DNA of 63,173 nucleotides, filler included, from Octopus bimaculoides (Eukaryota): NCBI RefSeq assembly GCF_001194135.2. It is 7 parts of 7 records of this genome, joined end to end, with 100 filler letters (N's around TTAATTAATTAA, not from the genome) between each part and the next. Parts side by side here need not be neighbours in the genome. Positions count along the whole stretch, not along the records: positions 55,025 to 61,465 come from NC_068984.1; positions 61,566 to 63,173 come from NW_026343229.1; 5 more parts are not named here. One strand, given 5' to 3'. The notes under the pieces were generated by a model. The model searched no databases, was not told the origin of the DNA, and saw nothing but the letters and a program-made list of their open reading frames with translations. Below, piece after piece: positions 61,390-63,173 of this stretch (positions within the stretch are counted from its first letter, which is position 1; each line of letters begins with the position of its first letter). Position numbers and translations under genes: made by a program.

Positions 61390-63173
61390 TATTTTGTAAT
61401 TGTTTCAGTCATGTGACTGCGGTCATGCTGGAGCACCGCCTTTTATCGAACAAACCGACCCCAGGNNNNNNNNNNNNNNNNNNNNNNNNNNNNNNNNNNN
61501 NNNNNNNNNTTAATTAATTAANNNNNNNNNNNNNNNNNNNNNNNNNNNNNNNNNNNNNNNNNNNNATGGGAGAATGTACGAAAAAACAACAACAGACGAG
61601 GACAGGTGGTGTAAATAACAAAACGATGTATTAGTATGACGCTCAGGAATACGGAAAGTCTTTGACGTTTCGAGCTAGGCTCTTCAACAGAAAGAATACG
61701 GAGACAAGGAGAAAAACACGGAGAAAAAAAATTGAATAGTGTTCAGTCAACGGTCAATCATGTTTGTGTGTGTGTGTTTGTCCCACCACCATCGCTTGAC
61801 AACCGATGCTGGTGTGTTTACGTCCCCGCAACTTAGCGGTTAGGCAAAAGATTCCGATAGAATAAGTACTAGGCTGACAAAGAATAAGTTCTGGGGTCGA
61901 TTTGTTCGACTAAAGGCGGTGCTCCCCTATTTTTCTTATCTGAAGCGTAACAACTATACTGTACATTAGATAATGTAGCCCTAGATATACTATGCCTGAA
62001 TGTTCCATTTGTGACACCAGCTTTGCGATTATGACAACTGGAACGTCTCTGATCAAGGGTGTAATGGATCGGGACTGGCCGAGGGCTAAAGAAAAGACAG
62101 AACATTAACGACAACAACACCAACGAACGGAGGTCAGAGGTGACGAAGGTCAGCTGCGATGTCAACACGTGATACAACGAGCCCGGGTACACTTCATCCA
62201 CCCGTTTTGCACCCCCACCCACGGCGGGCGACTCGGTCGGGTGTTTTCCCTAATGCCTCGCTGTTTACAGCACTTCTCGTCAAATAAACATGATACCCGA
62301 TACATGCCAACCGACTCGAGAATCCGACACCGTAATTCGAAACCGCGACCGTTGTCATCACCATTTTTTGTTTTTAGCTACTTCAGTTTCACCAACCGAC
62401 GAAGCGGGCTCCTAAGTGGTCGATAGAAAATGCTAGAAATAGCAGCTAAGCTTCAGGTGAAATCATGCAGAATCCCTTGTTGGCTACTTCAGATGAAAGC
62501 AAAACCATGGCTCTGTGGTTAGGGAGCTCGCTTAGCAACCAAATGTTTCCGAGATCAGTCCCACTTTGTGGCATTATAGGTAAGTGTCTTTTAATATAGC
62601 TCCGGGCTGACCAAAGCCGTGTGAGTGGATTTGGTTGTAGGAAACTGTGCGGATTCTCGTCATAGTCGAGAGTACAGCTATCATGTATGTATGTATGTAT
62701 GTATGTATACACACACGAGTGAGTACTGAAAACTTCTTGGCTTTGTGCAAAAGAAAATACAGGAGGATCAGTTAATTATGATTTCATTCAACATATAGGG
62801 GCAGGAGTGGCTGTTAACCACATGGTTCCGGGTTCAGTTCCACCGCGTGGCACCTTGGGCAAGTGTCTTCTACTATAGCCTCAGACCGACCAAAGCCTTG
62901 TGAGTGGATTTGGTAGACGAAAACTGAAAGAAGCCCGTCGTCTATATATATATATATACTCTTTTACTTGTTTCAATCATTTGACTGCGGCCATGCTGGA
63001 GCACCGCCTTTGGCCGAGCAAATCGACCCCAAGACTTATTCTTTGTAAGCCTAATACTTATTCTATCGGTCTCTTTTGCCGAACCGCTAAGTGACGGAGA
63101 CATAAACACACCAGCATCGGTTGTCAAGCAATGCTAGGGGGACAAACACAGATACACAAACACACACAGATAT
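61390..63173. mobile_element. Cluster of family A copies (minus 61390-61465; plus 61765-61925, 62500-62700, 62800-62960; minus 62958-63173)
   Basis: Direct matches to family A halves. Confidence 0.8.
61659..61695 (-). ncRNA. Minimal type I hammerhead ribozyme motif (one core substitution), Penelope-type terminal repeat
   Basis: Minus strand TCTTT-CTGTTGA-A-GAGC-CTA-GCTC-GAAAC-GTC-AAAGA: 5-bp stem I, 4-bp stem II, GUC triplet; A6 is replaced by T. Confidence 0.7.

Overview
Eukaryotic, very AT-rich, gap-ridden draft-assembly DNA. It is dominated by microsatellites and several tRNA-derived SINE families. The repeat repertoire looks like Octopus/coleoid cephalopod DNA (recognised from memory, not searched). 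Almost all ORF-track entries are microsatellite, gap or SINE artefacts. Most of the window appears to be intronic sequence of a minus-strand adhesion GPCR gene: a 120-nt HRM/HormR-domain exon lies at 59424-59543 and a probable 184-nt GAIN-domain exon at 25280-25463, and no GPS or 7TM exon was recognised. The introns hold decayed retroelements from four groups (Tx1/L1, R4/Dong, CRE, Penelope-like), MITE-like elements and about 50 SINE copies or fragments. The main finding is three type I hammerhead-ribozyme motifs. One (58289-58348) sits inside a 560-bp direct-repeat unit with retrozyme-like organisation. The other two are related minimal copies (33078-33114, 61659-61695). A second theme is interdependence of retroelements: Dong 3' ends sit in TAA arrays supplied by SINE tails, and a SINE variant carries a Tx1-like 3' tail. 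Assembly artefacts (Illumina adapter, stop-codon linkers in gaps, gap-edge duplications) are also present.
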